DNA of 64,000 bases, taken from the NCBI RefSeq assembly GCF_000150275.1, contig NW_002060951.1, positions 1,498,297-1,562,296 of the forward strand, given 5' to 3'. The position numbers were made by a program, and so were the translations under genes. Positions 13,540 to 28,561 of the stretch are shown here, piece after piece. The notes below the pieces were generated by a model. It saw only the letters and a list, made by a program, of their open reading frames with translations, searched no databases and was not told the origin of the DNA. The stretch's first letter is position 1. Each line of letters starts with the position of its first letter. Source of the DNA: Trichoplax adhaerens. Taxonomy: Eukaryota; Animalia; Placozoa.

Positions 13540-16500
13540 CTCAGATTTAGCAATTTAAGAAAAACATTAATTGTTTGATGATATTGAATTATATCTTTTC
13601 AACCAATGGGAAATTAAATTAAAGGTATGGAAAAGCGCGCTTGTTTTGCCACAAGAATTTATCTGACATAGCTGACAACCAACGGTAACTTCTGTAACCC
13701 GCTTTAAGAGCAAATTTCTTCGAGCCGGCAAAATTGTATAGAATTTAGCCAATTTAATTCCTCTCCCCTGTTAATAGCCCTTAAATGTAATAAAGATTGG
13801 CAGGGTAAGTCCTAGGTTTTGCAAAACTTATTCATCGAGTGGTCACCTATTAGATGTTCAAGAGTTAAGAGTCAAGAGTTAAGATCTTCCATTAAATTAA
13901 AATATGTCCTATTAAAAACATGCCACTTCAGAGCCATTTAGACTTATGCAAAGGTGCAGAACTCTTGTACAGTTGACTCAATCTCAGCTAAACATGTTTG
14001 CCTTATCATTGAATTTTTCGTAGATTTCACAAAGAATAGTGTGCGTTAATCTTAAAATCGAATGCATATTTAATTTGTCTGCGTATGAATTTTTAAATAG
14101 ATTTTACTAATGTAATAGATCGCAAATATTGCAATATAGCTGTCGATTATGATTTAATTTAGCAGACGATGGTCTATGACACCTACAGTTCGTTTATTGC
14201 TATGTTTGACAATGGAATTATCAACGTTACAAGGCCGTACTCCTAAGCCCTAAACTATTTTTTACATTGGATTGCACAACTAACTGTTCCTTTGCGAAAT
14301 CAAATTGCATTCATAGCAAACATCGCACGCATGAAAATAGGGATGATTGAATCATGTATAGATGGAGCTGGTTCAAACTTGCAAGATACTCTTATATACG
14401 CGTACAGTAGTTTCTATCTTTCGCTAATTTTATGTTAAATATTACCATTGGTATAATTAATGCATCTGGTCTTAGAAATCTGAAGGAAAGAGGCTGCTAA
14501 TATTACGTGATTATTACCATCAGTATACTAGATAGCTTTAGAGCATTTAATTTTGGCAATATAGTGTTAACTTCCAAATACGGTATAGTCTATTCTTAGT
14601 AAAATTTAATTTTCACTAAACTGCAGCATAACTCCTTATTTGTGTAACCTATCTTTAACAATTCACACAGTGGAAATTTGATTACTATACAGTATACTCT
14701 ACTTTGATTATATCGTAGAACTACCATTATATAGAAGTACGAAATTCTTATTGTTCATTTGTGCTTTAAAAATAATTCCAGCTGCGGTGCTTGCATTATA
14801 AAAGCTATCATCTTGTATCTATCTCGTAGTTAGTTCTGCTAGTTACACGATAAACTTACACGCTTTACCTATTTGATATTACTATAGCTATTTTACTATT
14901 CACGTCGTTGTACATGCTGTAACCTCACACGGCTTTCCTCTTTGCACTAATTCCAATAAACTCTAATTTTTTGCTAATTTAACTCTGGTAACCTAATTGC
15001 GATTATGAAATAAACCTTCCGAAATATCACGGGGCGATATGAAAGAAAAATGGATCGCTAGTTTTATGTTGTTACTACCATTAGTATTAGATAGGTTTAG
15101 AACGTCGACTCTTAGCAGATTGAAGGATAGAGAAGAGTTAGATTAATTTCGATAATAGCTATTATAAAAAGCTTGGGCGGATTTTTCCAATTTCAATTGT
15201 TCGAATTATAGTGGTAAAGCTACAAATGTAATTGATTGTTATCACTGTTCCGAGTTTATACAAGTTGCAATTAGCTCTCATGACGATATACTGCAAGCGG
15301 CTACTTATCTTCCTCACTACTTATTTGTTACTATTAACAAATCCTTATTTACTTGGCTAACGATCCTACGGAAATGACTGTGATTCTCGAACTATCTATC
15401 GAGATTAATTCTCCGTGATAACTATTAACCTTTTCCTTAGGATTCACGGCAGAAATGATGTAGACTTCCTCCTTAAGCGTAAGCAATAAAATAGCGAACT
15501 CTCTATATTGCAAAAAGTAACTCGCTTTTCTACCTTCTACTTACGGTATATTCGCAAACAGTTACAGAGTATATGCATGGAAATCAGCACTAACAAACAA
15601 CATGGCTGTCCTATATTCTTAGATCAAAATTCGTATAACTTTATACTCTACTTTAAAATACATTAAGTAAATATTTAAATATTTAAAGGTGGTCTTTCAC
15701 ACCGTGATACCTTCATAAAACAAATATACGAATATGATGTATAGATTTTGATACGGAATTATATGATCTACATCATGTCGGATTAGGCACCAAGCAATAC
15801 TACTCTTATACTCTTATATCTACTCGTATTTGCAATTATCGATATGTTGCGAACTAATAGGCAGAAATCGGCCTTAGTAGAAATAGACTGTATTTTCGGC
15901 CTTGCTATTAATTTACAGAACATCAGGATGTTTTCTTGATACCATAGTAAGAGTTTAACTCTGAACAAACTAAAACTCTTCAGAGCATACCACATAAACT
16001 AAGTCTTTCTTGGATTAATTTTCTTTGTCCTTATCGAAAGTAAAGATTCTAATTTCTGCCAAAGGCCTACAATGATGCGCTCAAAGTATAACCTAATTCC
16101 CACGATACCCTCCCCCCTTTATTGCTCGAGGATGATCCATTGATTCAGAGTAATGTATCAGGTTCCGAGTACTTAAAGAGTAAAGCTGTCACTAGTAGAA
16201 AAGCGGATTTACCCTCGTAATCAGTATCATGTAGAGTATGTTAAACTGGTACTGGCTTCACTTTTGAAAAATCCGGATTTATGCTAATTACATGATGATT
16301 AACTTTACCGCAATTTGATCTTATCGGTCTTTGGCATACTAATGGCTTATATGTAAATTAGCCTAACCATTACACTGTTGCGTGCAATGAGATTTTTGTC
16401 GAAATGATGCTGTGCTCAGCACAGATTCACATTTGCATATTCGATTCTAAGAGACCTAACCTATATCCGATCGTATTTATAGTAGAATCAAAACGTATCG

Positions 16501-16960
16501 TTTGTTCATTTAATATTTCGATATTTAACTAATCATGTTTTGTTACCGGCAATAACTTGTTAACGAAGACATTTTTAATTATGCATATTCTGTTTACATG
16601 TGACCGATATATAAGCGTTCGGTATAGCTTACTATGATAAAACCTTCATCTATTACTGTTTAAGCAGGCTACAAATTTAGGTAGACATTGTTATTTATAT
16701 GTTGTAATCAAACAGTGTATTTATTTAAGATAATTTAATTGTTGTTAGGTAACGATTAAGTTCTATCTATACTGATTAATTAAATACAGTGCAAAATATC
16801 TTTTTTAGAGAAATATAATGGAATCATTAATGGCATGCTATTGTTATTTTAATTTGCAAAGCCTAAAATAAGCCGATAAATAAGATTCCAAGACACGTAA
16901 AACTTTGTTTAATAGTATGCTCTGGATAAAATAAGTAGCAATCAGCGTTGAAACGTTTAC
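13540..16960 (+). pseudogene. Decayed GABA-B-like paralog relic (psi-B)
   Basis: Colinear fragments: DLAI..IN and QWEIKLK (exon 1); AGKIV at 13724 and PLLIAL at 13765 (exon 2); GA..NLQ at 14364 and LRNLKERG at 14471 (exons 4/5); AW..SNF...N..KAT..IDC..EFIQVA at 15171 (exon 6); ILSVFGILMA at 16318 (TM1); LCSAQIHICIFDS and VCSFNISIFN*SCFVTGNNLLTKT..HILFT at 16410-16598 (TM2-3, same C-to-KT spacing as paralog 1). In-frame stops and frameshifts are present. Confidence 0.65.
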
Positions 16961-19400
16961 GTGAAATATTTTTCTTATCGTAACTTATTTGCCTGTTGAA
17001 TGCGTAGTAAGGAAGAATGTATATGAAAGCAATTTTACTGAAACTCTAAAATATTACTACATTTAATTGAGGTTCTCATAATTATACTTTCTAATCCATG
17101 GCTTCAAATCACGTCCAATTCATGTGCCAATTCAACAGCATTTTGCATGTACTTTATTGCTCCAAGCGACCCTTGACCTGGTTTTCTCTCAACTCCTATG
17201 GTCTGTATTAGGCCACTTAATTCTAAATAGATAATACTAGCATCAATGAAGGCGGCAATGTTCATAAAAGCCAGGAGATAATACAACCTGTCTAAGACTG
17301 ATTGAAATACTACTTGTCATTCGTTCTTTAAAAGCAATAACAGCTAGATCCGGAAATGGTCAAAATATTGTAAAAAAATTTTTCTAAATCGTAGATACGA
17401 ATATATAAACAAATATAAATATTTCAGTTGCTATGATACGACGTAGATGACACATACAGTGCATACTCGGTGTCAAAATTTATCCTTACGAATTGTAGGT
17501 TAAAGTTAGAATAATGATACTAAAATGTGACGTAAATTTACGGCTGACAGTCAATTTTACTAATATACGATTGCATGCCTAAATATGACGCAGGAATACC
17601 CGTATTTTGTATATAGATCAGTTAAATATAACACCCGGTATACTATTCTACAATTAATATCTGTAAAGCGAATAATAAATATTTAATGGAAAACAGGATA
17701 CTAAATTCTATATTTTAAATCAGCGGTAAACCATGGTAAAGGTGCTTTACAAGCTTACACAGATTAAGAAGTAAAATGGAAGTGAAGAAGTTGAATTATG
17801 GCTTTAGTACTTTTGCAATAGCATGCGATAAAGATTCTGAGCGCTTTAAAGCTTAAATTAATATCTTTAGTTATACATCATTTATTAGTGGTTGTTAAAT
17901 ACACTGTAAGCTAGGATAGAAAGATCCAAAATATTTCCGGTGAAAATTGAAATAGAAAGCCATCAACTACTTGAGATAATTAAACAATTTCCATCTTTAA
18001 TGTATTTAATCTTTATTTGATTACTATCAAAACATATTAATTTAACAATATCAAGACGTTTTTGATCATCACATAGATTATTTCTGAGGACATGAAAAAC
18101 TGTATCGGCAAATATCATGTGTGATAGGTATTATTAGTTTGCAGTTTATATATTGCTTTGCCTTATTGTATATTCCACTGTGATATCTAAATAATATTCT
18201 TGTATCTATTGAGATATTATTACTTCATTCAGCATTCTATTGTAGTTATATCTTATTTTCAAATAGAGATTTTCGATTTATTGAAATAAATTAAAAATTT
18301 GAAAACCGCAGGTCAATATTTATCTTTTGATATAGCCTAGTTCCCTCTCTTCATCTTATATTGATATGTAATCATTTATTAGTGTTGGAATTATAGGCTG
18401 TAATGGAGTCACGTACAAAATCTCGTGATAGACATAATGTACGCTTCGTTCAGTTTTATTACCGATTCTTTCTTCAAAGCTTACGGACAAAAGCATTATT
18501 ATGGTACAGTTAATAGATTAAGTAAATCTTATATTATACGAGTATAACATTACAGTATATCGCCCTGGGCATAATATTCTACAAGTAATCAGATTGCCTT
18601 TAAAATCTTGAAAATGTCTTATCTCGACATCAGGTAAACAGTTAAGCATCAAAATTAAGGAATATCGATACCATACTCTGCTTTTTGATTATTTTAACTA
18701 AATTTTAAATAAAAAATCTTTATTTGTTTCGCCTATATTTGCTAAGTTCAACTCAACTATTTGTAAAATTATTATAGGAACAATATCATGATCTTCCAGA
18801 TTATCATATCGCTTTTATCATTATTATTGTGATTGTTTATCTCTAGCTAACAAATAATTGATGTATAAAGTTGATTGTTCATTAATTGATAACGCCGGAC
18901 GGTCTAAGGATTTAATGAGATATTTAATGAATGACTTTTTATTTATGATCTAAAGTGATATTAATAGTACGAGTATTATTCAAATCGATTGACGTAAACG
19001 GCTATGACTAAGTTAATAGGCTATAAATTTAGAAATGTTCCACATTATTTAGGCAAAAAGCTTATGAGCGATTGTCTTCCAAATTTCTCATTTAAGGTAA
19101 TGTTATAGATTAAGATTATTTCCTTAGAACATTATTTGCATTACTACACCTGTAATCAAATGGCTATGATCAATTGTTGGATAACTTATCAACCGAATTT
19201 ATTGCTACATTAAATCATTGCAGTATTGTCTATGTATTATCTTTCTATAGGATACGATTAGGTTCTTGAAGAAGACGTTTTATTTTTCTCTTTTATATTT
19301 TATTCTATTTATTAATAGATGGGCGCGGTATAAATTGATTAGTAACTGTCATTGATAGGGAATATATCAATCTCTACCGAAAATTATTAAAAGGGGAAAA

Positions 19401-22400
19401 ATGACTCCAAAAAATCGATGGCCAGCCTCGATTTTAAAATATAGTTGCATTTTTTTCTATGTCATCGCTCATCACATTTCCTGTGCAAAAACTCCGTTAT
19501 ATATTGGTGGTACATTTCCTCTAAGCCATCGCTATCTCCGACAAAAGATGATTGAAATGGAAAATTCTGCTAAAATGGCAATACGTGACATTAATTCTAG
19601 AAATGATATCCTGGAAACTTATGAAATGAGACTAAACCTAAAGGATGATAGGGTTAAATAATTTATATATTTACATCATCTTATTACTAACTTTTAGTAT
19701 AAAAATATCTTGAAAGTGCAATTCGACTTATAGCTGAAGTTTATCCTTATATTTTTGAATTTAAAGTTCGATAAAATTGTTGCTGGCCAAGTTATCTTCG
19801 ACCAAATCTTATATGGCCCACAACTTATTGCTTTACTGGGACCTTTTACATCGAGTTCAGCATCTATAGTAGCCCCCATGGCTCGCTATTGGAACTTAAT
19901 TCAGGTTCTAAATTTATAATTTAGTCCGTAGCCAAGTACCGATACCATCCATACTCTTCGGTTATAGGTTGCAGTATTGCTAATGGACACTTCATAATTA
20001 GGCGATATTTACGTATTTCTTTACTGTTATAGCTGTCTGTTGGAGCTACATCAACACAATTCAGCAATCGGAAAGAATATCCTTACTTTTATACCAGCAT
20101 AATAACCGATATTACGTACAATTTGGTTCGTATAAATATGGCGAAGTATTTTGGGTGGCAACGAGTAGCCATCATCTATCTTAGTGATGTTTTATTTGAT
20201 AACGTAAGTACCAGAGGATCTCGCTTCGTGTAAAATAATCGAAGTTTTTTGATCCTACAAAATTTATTACTTAATTAATTAATAGCTCTTAATAGAAATT
20301 CTTATTTTAAATCATAGAATGACCGTAGTTTTTTATAATAATTAATAACTGCTATCCATGAAACTTAATTATTAGATCATAATTTTATCTGCATAGGGAG
20401 CTCTGAATTTGCAAGCAGAATTAGAAATGGGAGGTGTTAATATTATCGCTAAGGAAAGCTTTGTATCTGATCCAGAATTACAAATTAAGATGTTGAAGGT
20501 AAAAATTAGAGCAAATTTTAATCTGAAGTACAGCTAAAACTTTACTGCGACTTTTCTTGGTCATTGAAGCTGCTTTCTGTAACAGGTTGAACTATTCAGT
20601 TTACAGATTTTGCCTTTAAGATAATCAAAAATTGCTTACGTACCACCGGGTTTATTTAGCACTTTAACTGCGTACTCGTTTGATATTTTCGATAAATATT
20701 TTCTTAAATAATACTTCATTATTCTTTTAATCGCTTTATGAATAGCTGGATAACAGTTGGTTGGGGTTATTATGAATTTTCAATGTTACGTATAACTGGA
20801 TTACTTTAAACTTCTTTGCGATAAGACAGATATCGCATATTCTGATTTTATTTACGGTGGTAATAATGCTAGAATCAGATATTTCTGACTTCTGTTGGAA
20901 AAGCTACTGATTCTGTAGCTACCAAGAACTAACTTTGTCATCATTTATATTTTACTTAGGAAAAAGGAGCAAGAATTATATTTACCTTTGGCTATCCTCA
21001 GAATTTAGCCAGTATATTTTGCCATGTAAGCTAAAATAGCATTCACATGATTTCTTTGCTCTGCTTTTGTTTTATTGAACAGTATTACGTTAATACTACT
21101 AGCTAGTAGTATCGTACCGCTTTTTGGGAGGAAGGTTATCGTTGACATCTTGTTGCTATGTTAGACTTTAAAGTTTGAATGAGTTTGCAATGAATTCATG
21201 GAATACCATATAATATTCATTTTAAAGAAATCTTTTAAACAGAAACTAATTAAACAAGATTCTAAAATCTTGCAGTTATCTTTAATTATTATAGATCTGT
21301 AAGATGTTTGCGCTTGTCAGAAATGATGATCATATTTACCTTAATTAAGCACGATTTTGTCGTTACTTTATGGGGAGCAAGATTACCCCTGCGTCAAACA
21401 CATGCACATAAATTAGTTAAATATTCTGTAGATGGAGTATTCCATAGATGAGCTTGAGGATTTACCTTGCATGATTAAATGTTCGTACATTAGAAAGTTA
21501 AGTTAAATTTTAAATTATTGATCACAATTTCATTAAGAAATGTATTAAATGGAGTGGATTAATCCAAAATCCCCTCAATTTAGGTATTGTTTAAGATATG
21601 CAAAGATTCATTTTCATGCAGTACATATGAGTTTTCTTTTATTAATACATATTGTGCATATAATCATGAATTGATTGCTGTACATTAAATGTAGACTTAA
21701 TAATCAGTAAAAAATTTAGTCTGCATAGATTGTAACGCTATTCATCTTCATTTTCTGTACAAGGTATTGCGGTAGATAATTAACTGATCTTTTTTATATG
21801 TGCTAAAGTATTTGATACATTATAAATTATAGCCGCATCCTCTCTCAAAATATAAAGCTCCTGCATATTAGATCTATGAAGTCATTAAGAGAAGAAATGT
21901 ACGAAACTTCACTTTGTGGTTGAAATTTGTTATAAAATGCATTATTAGTGTATAATTGGGGTCTTTAATGCAAATGTCTATTGGATTCACTCGTTGAGAT
22001 TCCATTACATATTCTTGGATATTGTTAAATTGTAAATAGCTTAGGACTTTGTAAATCTTTTCTATATCATCAAAACAAGAAAAGGGAAAAATTATTTAGT
22101 CGACGATAATTAATAAATTTTTTTACCTCTAAATTGATCATATGAGATGATATAGAATGAAAATGAATGAGAATCAGCTGCTAGATATCTGGAACAAAAT
22201 GTGTATTGCTTCAGTCTCTTACTGATGATATTAGTTCTCTCTTGATTATTTAAGAATACATTTAGCTCTGATGTTCATCTACTTTCCGCGTATTGATCCG
22301 CTACATCTATTACTTACTTATGACTAGAAGATTTATTGATTAACGATATCATTATATTAATGTTGTGGCAACCGATGTCATCAAAGTACATCATGGACAG

Positions 22401-25400
22401 TCTGTTAGCTAATACATGGCAGATCTTTATATTCTGAAGGTTAATACTACCTTTACTTTCCTTTATGAAAAACATGCACATTTTTTCGTGACGATAGAAA
22501 ATACACTATTGACTTCAATAAGCGGCATTGTTTATAATATACGATATGCTAAAATAATGCTGTTGTATCTACATCATCTTATCCGTTCACAAAGGATTTA
22601 ATTTAACCAAAATAGTAAATTTTTCTCATTTTTTATGACATTTTGCAATATTATTTTCATCAATTAAGAAAAAGCTGAAATCTATGGAGATAGATGTGCT
22701 GTATTCCAGTTGGCACTTGATTCTAGCTTTGGATACGGTAGTAATATAATGACTAAATATTTTAATGTAATAGCAATTAAGGATGAGGAAGTAGAGATCT
22801 ATGATTTAATTTCAGGTCTTTTGCTTTGTCTTTGATATATTAAATTAACTTAACTTTCGGAAGACAAGAATTAATAATGTATAGTATATGCTGGACTAAT
22901 CAATACTACAGCTGGCGGATATACTGTATTTGCATACTAAGCTAAAGGCTGTTCCGTTGAATATTTCTAAATGATAGCTGGCTTTCGTGATTGTTTTAAT
23001 ACAAAGACAGATAAAAATGAAGAATAAGCTTTTACTCAAGCTTAAAATTTGCGGGCATTTATGCGCTGATAAAGAGATGGGTAATGAATGGTCAAGCAGA
23101 TTTTACCTCCTGCGTACTAGCAGATTATTTATTCATTAGGAAAATTTAAGTTAATTAGAAAGTTGTCTAACCCTTCAGTAATGCTTACTTTTCTTGTAGT
23201 ATTAATACAACTAATAAAATAGAAAATTATAAGATATTCTTCATTGCAACACGTAATTCCTTATTGCAGACTACGTCGTATTACTGTAGCTAAATCGATG
23301 AAACTAATCAGGCCAAGTTGTATGAATCATACATCAAATTGTGTGCACTCCTTTCCAGTTGCAAACTTATGTAAAATAGTGATCTATGGACTTCTTGTAC
23401 TAGTTTTGGTAGCATTAGCATGGATTTATCGTCTATTCTTAGTTTTTAATAGAAAATAGTAATTGATCTTTTAATAGCTTATTGGCTGTATGCAATGACT
23501 CCATTAGGCTTATAAACTTGGCATGTATGGTGAAAATTACGCTTGGTTTGCATCTAATTTTCTCCAGCGCAACTGGTGGGAAGCAACGGCACATGGCATT
23601 AACTGTACAACGCATGAAATTCTGCAAGCCGGTAAAGGCTATATAGCTTTCGGTCAATCTTATATTTCAGAATCAGGACTGAATAATAAACTAACGGTTT
23701 CAGGGCTTGTAAGTTTCACTTACGAATACAATTTCACATATACGGTACAATAATTGACTCTAATAATGGAATTAATTTAGATCATCCTTGGAGAATTAGC
23801 GATTAATTAATAGCCTTAGCATGCTTTAAAGTCCTTATGACCATATGATGCACCGTTAAAATATTCACTAAGAATATGCAGTAGATATCTGGTTTTCTTT
23901 GTTTGCTGTTTTTTGGAATATAGATAAAACGATATTCTGAAGTAGACAAAGTTACTGTAATTGAGTAGCTGGGAATGTCATTTGCGTTATCATCGTTTAC
24001 CTCGATAATTATTGAACTGAATAAGGCTTTAATTGTTAGCTTGACCATAAAAACTAATCGCTACATTTCGATAAGCTACTATGATTTTAAATTACAGCAG
24101 AATATGGAATTAGTATTATTGTTTTAAATATTATAAACTGATAGTATACATTTAAGATAAAGTCATAATATCATCATGAATGTTGCTTGGTATCAATTAA
24201 ATTTACATATTGTTATTTCAATTTTATCATACATAGTCTACTGTAGTGCTTTACATAAATCATGAAGAAAGCTGTTTTGATTTTGTGAAAGTGTTCAAAA
24301 CTGAGTAACGTACTTTTGTAGCGCACTTGAAGATAACAGAGAAGATTAAAATAATTTCCTTGTATTTTGTTTTACAGACATATCGAAAATATTTTAAGGA
24401 ATATGAAAAATTCACCAATGGAACTCCTAGAAGTGTTTCGCATACTCCATCTGCTTACGATTCTATATGGTGTCTTGCGTTAGCTTTAAATCAAACGGAT
24501 CATCAGCTTCAGAAATATAATACAAGCCTCGCTAACTTTAACTACAATGATACTAGAACTCGAAAATTATTCAATGCCGCTATGGAAAATATATCATTTA
24601 TGGGTTTAACGGTAATTATTTAATGGTAATTAAAAGCACTTGCAAGAATTTCATCGAAAAACTGAGACAATACGTCTTCAGAGTTTTTGTAATTTACGTA
24701 AATAAGAAGCAATTTCGGGTAATCAAGAGTTTTAAATGAAAAAGATTAGCGGTTATTGTTGCTTCGTACCTGCATATATTTAGTATGATACCGATACTAC
24801 ACAGTGATTCAATAAATAAGAAGCTCTGCGTTTGTATAAGCAGTAACATAAAGTATTGCATCACATGTAATTGCAATCACTTTGAAACTGAAAAAGTTCA
24901 TAATTAATAAGTTTTAACCGATAAATTTTGTTTCTTAAGGGTCCATTTAGTTTTCTAAGCGGAGCAAGAGTAGGTGACAGCAATATCATGCAATTCAGAG
25001 GTAATTTACTGTGGCATGTCACCGTAATTACAGTACGAAATAGTTGCATTAAGTGACGGTAGATTCGCTTTAGTTAAAAATTTTCGGTGGTGGTAATAAA
25101 TGGTGTTAAATTGGTGCTAATATCTTGCCCGTAACTGTTATTGGATATGTGCAATAATTAATTAATTTCAAGTTAATAATTTTTTCTAACAATGTCATCC
25201 ATAAATTGTTACGTACCTGTAATATTGGCAAGAAATCAATAGAGAAAATGATTTTATAGTCAAAAGCTTGCTGAATAGAAGAACTAATCTAGCTATCTTG
25301 TTATAATACATTATAATCTACAAGCGAAATAAAACATGAAATTCAATGCATGTTTCTGATAACTATTCTTTTGAAAAGATTGCTAAAGATACCTTGTTAT

Positions 25401-27934
25401 TCTTTTATAATTACAACCGGTGCGTAAAATTAGTATTAGAGTCCAAGTGTTCAATGCCAACATTTCTCGTATTTCTTCTGTCGCATTAGGATGCTACTAT
25501 AAAATTATTGACTTTATGATGAAATTGTAGCGACATTGTCCTCAACATATGTCATGTCATGTAGTATAACAATGCATTGTTATTCTAGTAAAGTCTTAAA
25601 AATCTTTTGCCATTTGATATTATGCTTTAAATAGGCAATATTTCAGCATTCGGTCTGGTTAAAGTTGGTTTTTATAACAGCAGCAGCAGAGAATTAAGTT
25701 TCAACGAGACAGATCGTCTTATGTGGCCAGGTTATTTGATTCTTATTTATAAATAATACCAAAGACTACTAGAAAATCTAATTTTTCCGTAACCCATAGT
25801 TATCTGTACATTAGTATGTTGCTGCATGATTTTATGAAACTGTTATACACAAAAGCATGGTGAAATATCTATTCAATATATTTACTGTATGACTTTTGCT
25901 TTATATTGTATAATACAGGAGGACGCGTTCCAGTCGACGGATTTGAAACTAAATTTGAAGAGAATTATATTACATGTGGACTATTTATAATAGTAACGAT
26001 TTTATCTGTAGTTGGAATTGTGACTGCAATGGCATTTTTACTTATCAACTTTAGACATCGAGAGTTACGGTAATTTGATTTGCATCCATTTTTAAATGAA
26101 ATCACATAAATTTGATTATTCGATTACAAATTAACAAAATATTATTTCTTTGTATTGCCTTAGGGTTATTAAAATGTCTAGTCCTAGAATTAACAATCTA
26201 ATATTGCTTGGCTTTATATTTTGCTACGCCGATGTTGTCTTGTTTGGAGTAGACTATGGTATAACGAAACAGGAATATCTCCCTACAGTTTGTACCGTTC
26301 GTGTTGGCTTATTGTGTATAGGATTTACACTATCATTCGGTGCAATGTTTGCTAAAACTTGGCGCGTTCATGTTATCTTTACAAACAAGACAAATACAAA
26401 AGTGGTAATAAAAATCATTTTAATTTTTATATCACTATTAGATGAAAGAGAGAGTGAAAATATGCGAGAGCAAATTCTTGAGTTCCTAAATACTAAGTTA
26501 TTGTTTACAGATTGTATGATGGCATGATTAAATATATATGTGATATCAAGTATGACGGTTAAATTGTAATTAAATAGGGAGCGATTAAATTATTGAAGAA
26601 AACAATCATATCGATGTTAATCAATTTTGTGTCTACGCTTGAACAAGAAAGTCTTAGCTAATTTCATTATTGTTGATAAAATAATTTTCAAATCTAGTAG
26701 ATTTAATAAACTTTTTGGATATTAAAAATTACGAATTGATAATTATAGGTAATCAAAGATTCTTCGCTCTTTGGGATAACTAGTATCCTATTAATAATTG
26801 ATTTTATCATTTTGGCTGTATGGATATCAATCGATCCGTTTATAAATCGATATCAATCAATTTCATCATCTGTAAGTTGATATTACATAAAGTTCGGTAT
26901 TATTCTATGAAGTATATATGTTATATATAACCTAGGAAGTAGTAGACATAATCGATAATAATTAAGTGTCTTCGATGGCAGCTACGCATATTAGAAAGAG
27001 GCACCGTAATCATTTTAACTTAGTACTCTATTAATTAATGTATTATTGCGTAAAAGAAATTTGGTAGGGTAGATTCGATATTTAATCCAATAAATTTTAA
27101 TAATTAATTACCTTATTGTGACGTAGAAGGAAGTTGGATGTAATATACGAGCATTAAAGCGAGTTACGATATATTCATGTAATAATGGCTGTGTCAGTGT
27201 ATATTGTGATACTTTTTGGTTTTTGTTTGTTATGATTATTATCACGATAGTCGTCAAGTCCTGGATCGAATATCATTATACAACCGCGGACACTAGTTTG
27301 TAGTTGTCAACATATTTCTGTTTGGTTGGGGGTCGTCTATGGGTATAAATTCTTATTGCTTGTTTTCGGTACATTTTTGGCATGGGAAACTCGAAATGTT
27401 TCGATAGCGGAATTGAATGATTCTCGTCATATTGGATTAACTATTTATAATGCGGTTATGTTTGCAACTATTGGGGTATTAGTGAGCCAGCTAACACAAA
27501 CGACTGTAAATGGAGGATATATCATTATATCGGCATTTATCTTAATTTGTACGACATCCAGTATGTGTCTATTCTTTATACCGAAGGTAAATATATAAAA
27601 GATATTTCTATTATGTAAATGAACCAACTTCAACTGCAACTCGATGGGTTATTTTCCAGTTATCTCAAATAAAAATTTCTATTGTATTATATAATATTAA
27701 TATTAATAGTTAATGGGTATCTCTTGATTAAAATTAGATTATTGACTAATATTCATTCAAATATTATCTAAGATTCAACTTATCAGAAACGCAAATTTTT
27801 CGATCATTTCTGGACGACCTACAAGACCATCAGCAATTCAACGTCCTCGTCCGAGTGTAGTAAACACTAAAATAATTATACCAGAAATATCGAAGAATGT
27901 ATCTATAAAGCAACCTGCTGAACAGAATTTGTAA
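19401..27934 (+). CDS. GABA-B receptor-like class C GPCR, paralog 2, ~777 aa
   Basis: Same 14-exon structure and phases as paralog 1: 19401-19652, 19767-19904, 20033-20203, 20397-20498, 20960-21025, 23508-23708, 24378-24611, 24940-25000, 25635-25730, 25919-26069, 26164-26404, 26749-26871, 27251-27586, 27773-27934 (2334 nt). The same family motifs are present. Confidence 0.93.
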
Positions 27935-28561
27935 ACCGGAATTTAATATGATCAATTCGGTAGCGTCCTTCCTACTATACTAGAAGTGGTAGTTAATAGT
28001 GATCAGGTAGATTTACCTAGACTGGAATAATACGCAGAATAAAGTTTTCAAGTAACAAAGTTTTCGTAATAACATTACGAACGAGATTTCGATTCTTAAG
28101 AACAGGTTGTTTGCAAATTTATGATTAATCTTTTACATTATATCTTAATATTTAATTATTATGTGAGTATACATATTGATTCATATGCGTTGATTTATCT
28201 TTACCGTAACTGAATTATGACAACGGCTACATGCTCGTTGTGTTATTAACTTTACAGTATATCTCATATATATCGCATGTAACATTCTAGATTCTCATTC
28301 CGAGTCAGTGCATTGATGGTTTTCGATAATTGATTTCGCGATACTCGCTTTTAACTATTCATAAGCTATTATTAGTCATGGTATCATAGTATACTGTAAG
28401 CATAGCTTAGATAATTGTATTATTTAAGATATCGGTATTTATCAATATTATTACAATCTAACATTTTAAAGTGATTTCATAGACCTCAAGGACTCTAGGG
28501 GCCCATACTCATTGTAATGAATACGACGGAAGTTAGGATAGATCAATTTGTGATAAACACC

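Noticed and set aside
17104-17286. Minus-strand ORF resembling a signal peptide plus VFT start (KYMQNAVELA)
   Set aside because: TTG start, ends in a stop without a splice donor, and no further colinear exons were found on that strand.
17741-17775. GALQAYTD*E resembling exon 4 (GALNLQAELE)
   Set aside because: A single isolated match that cannot be distinguished from chance.
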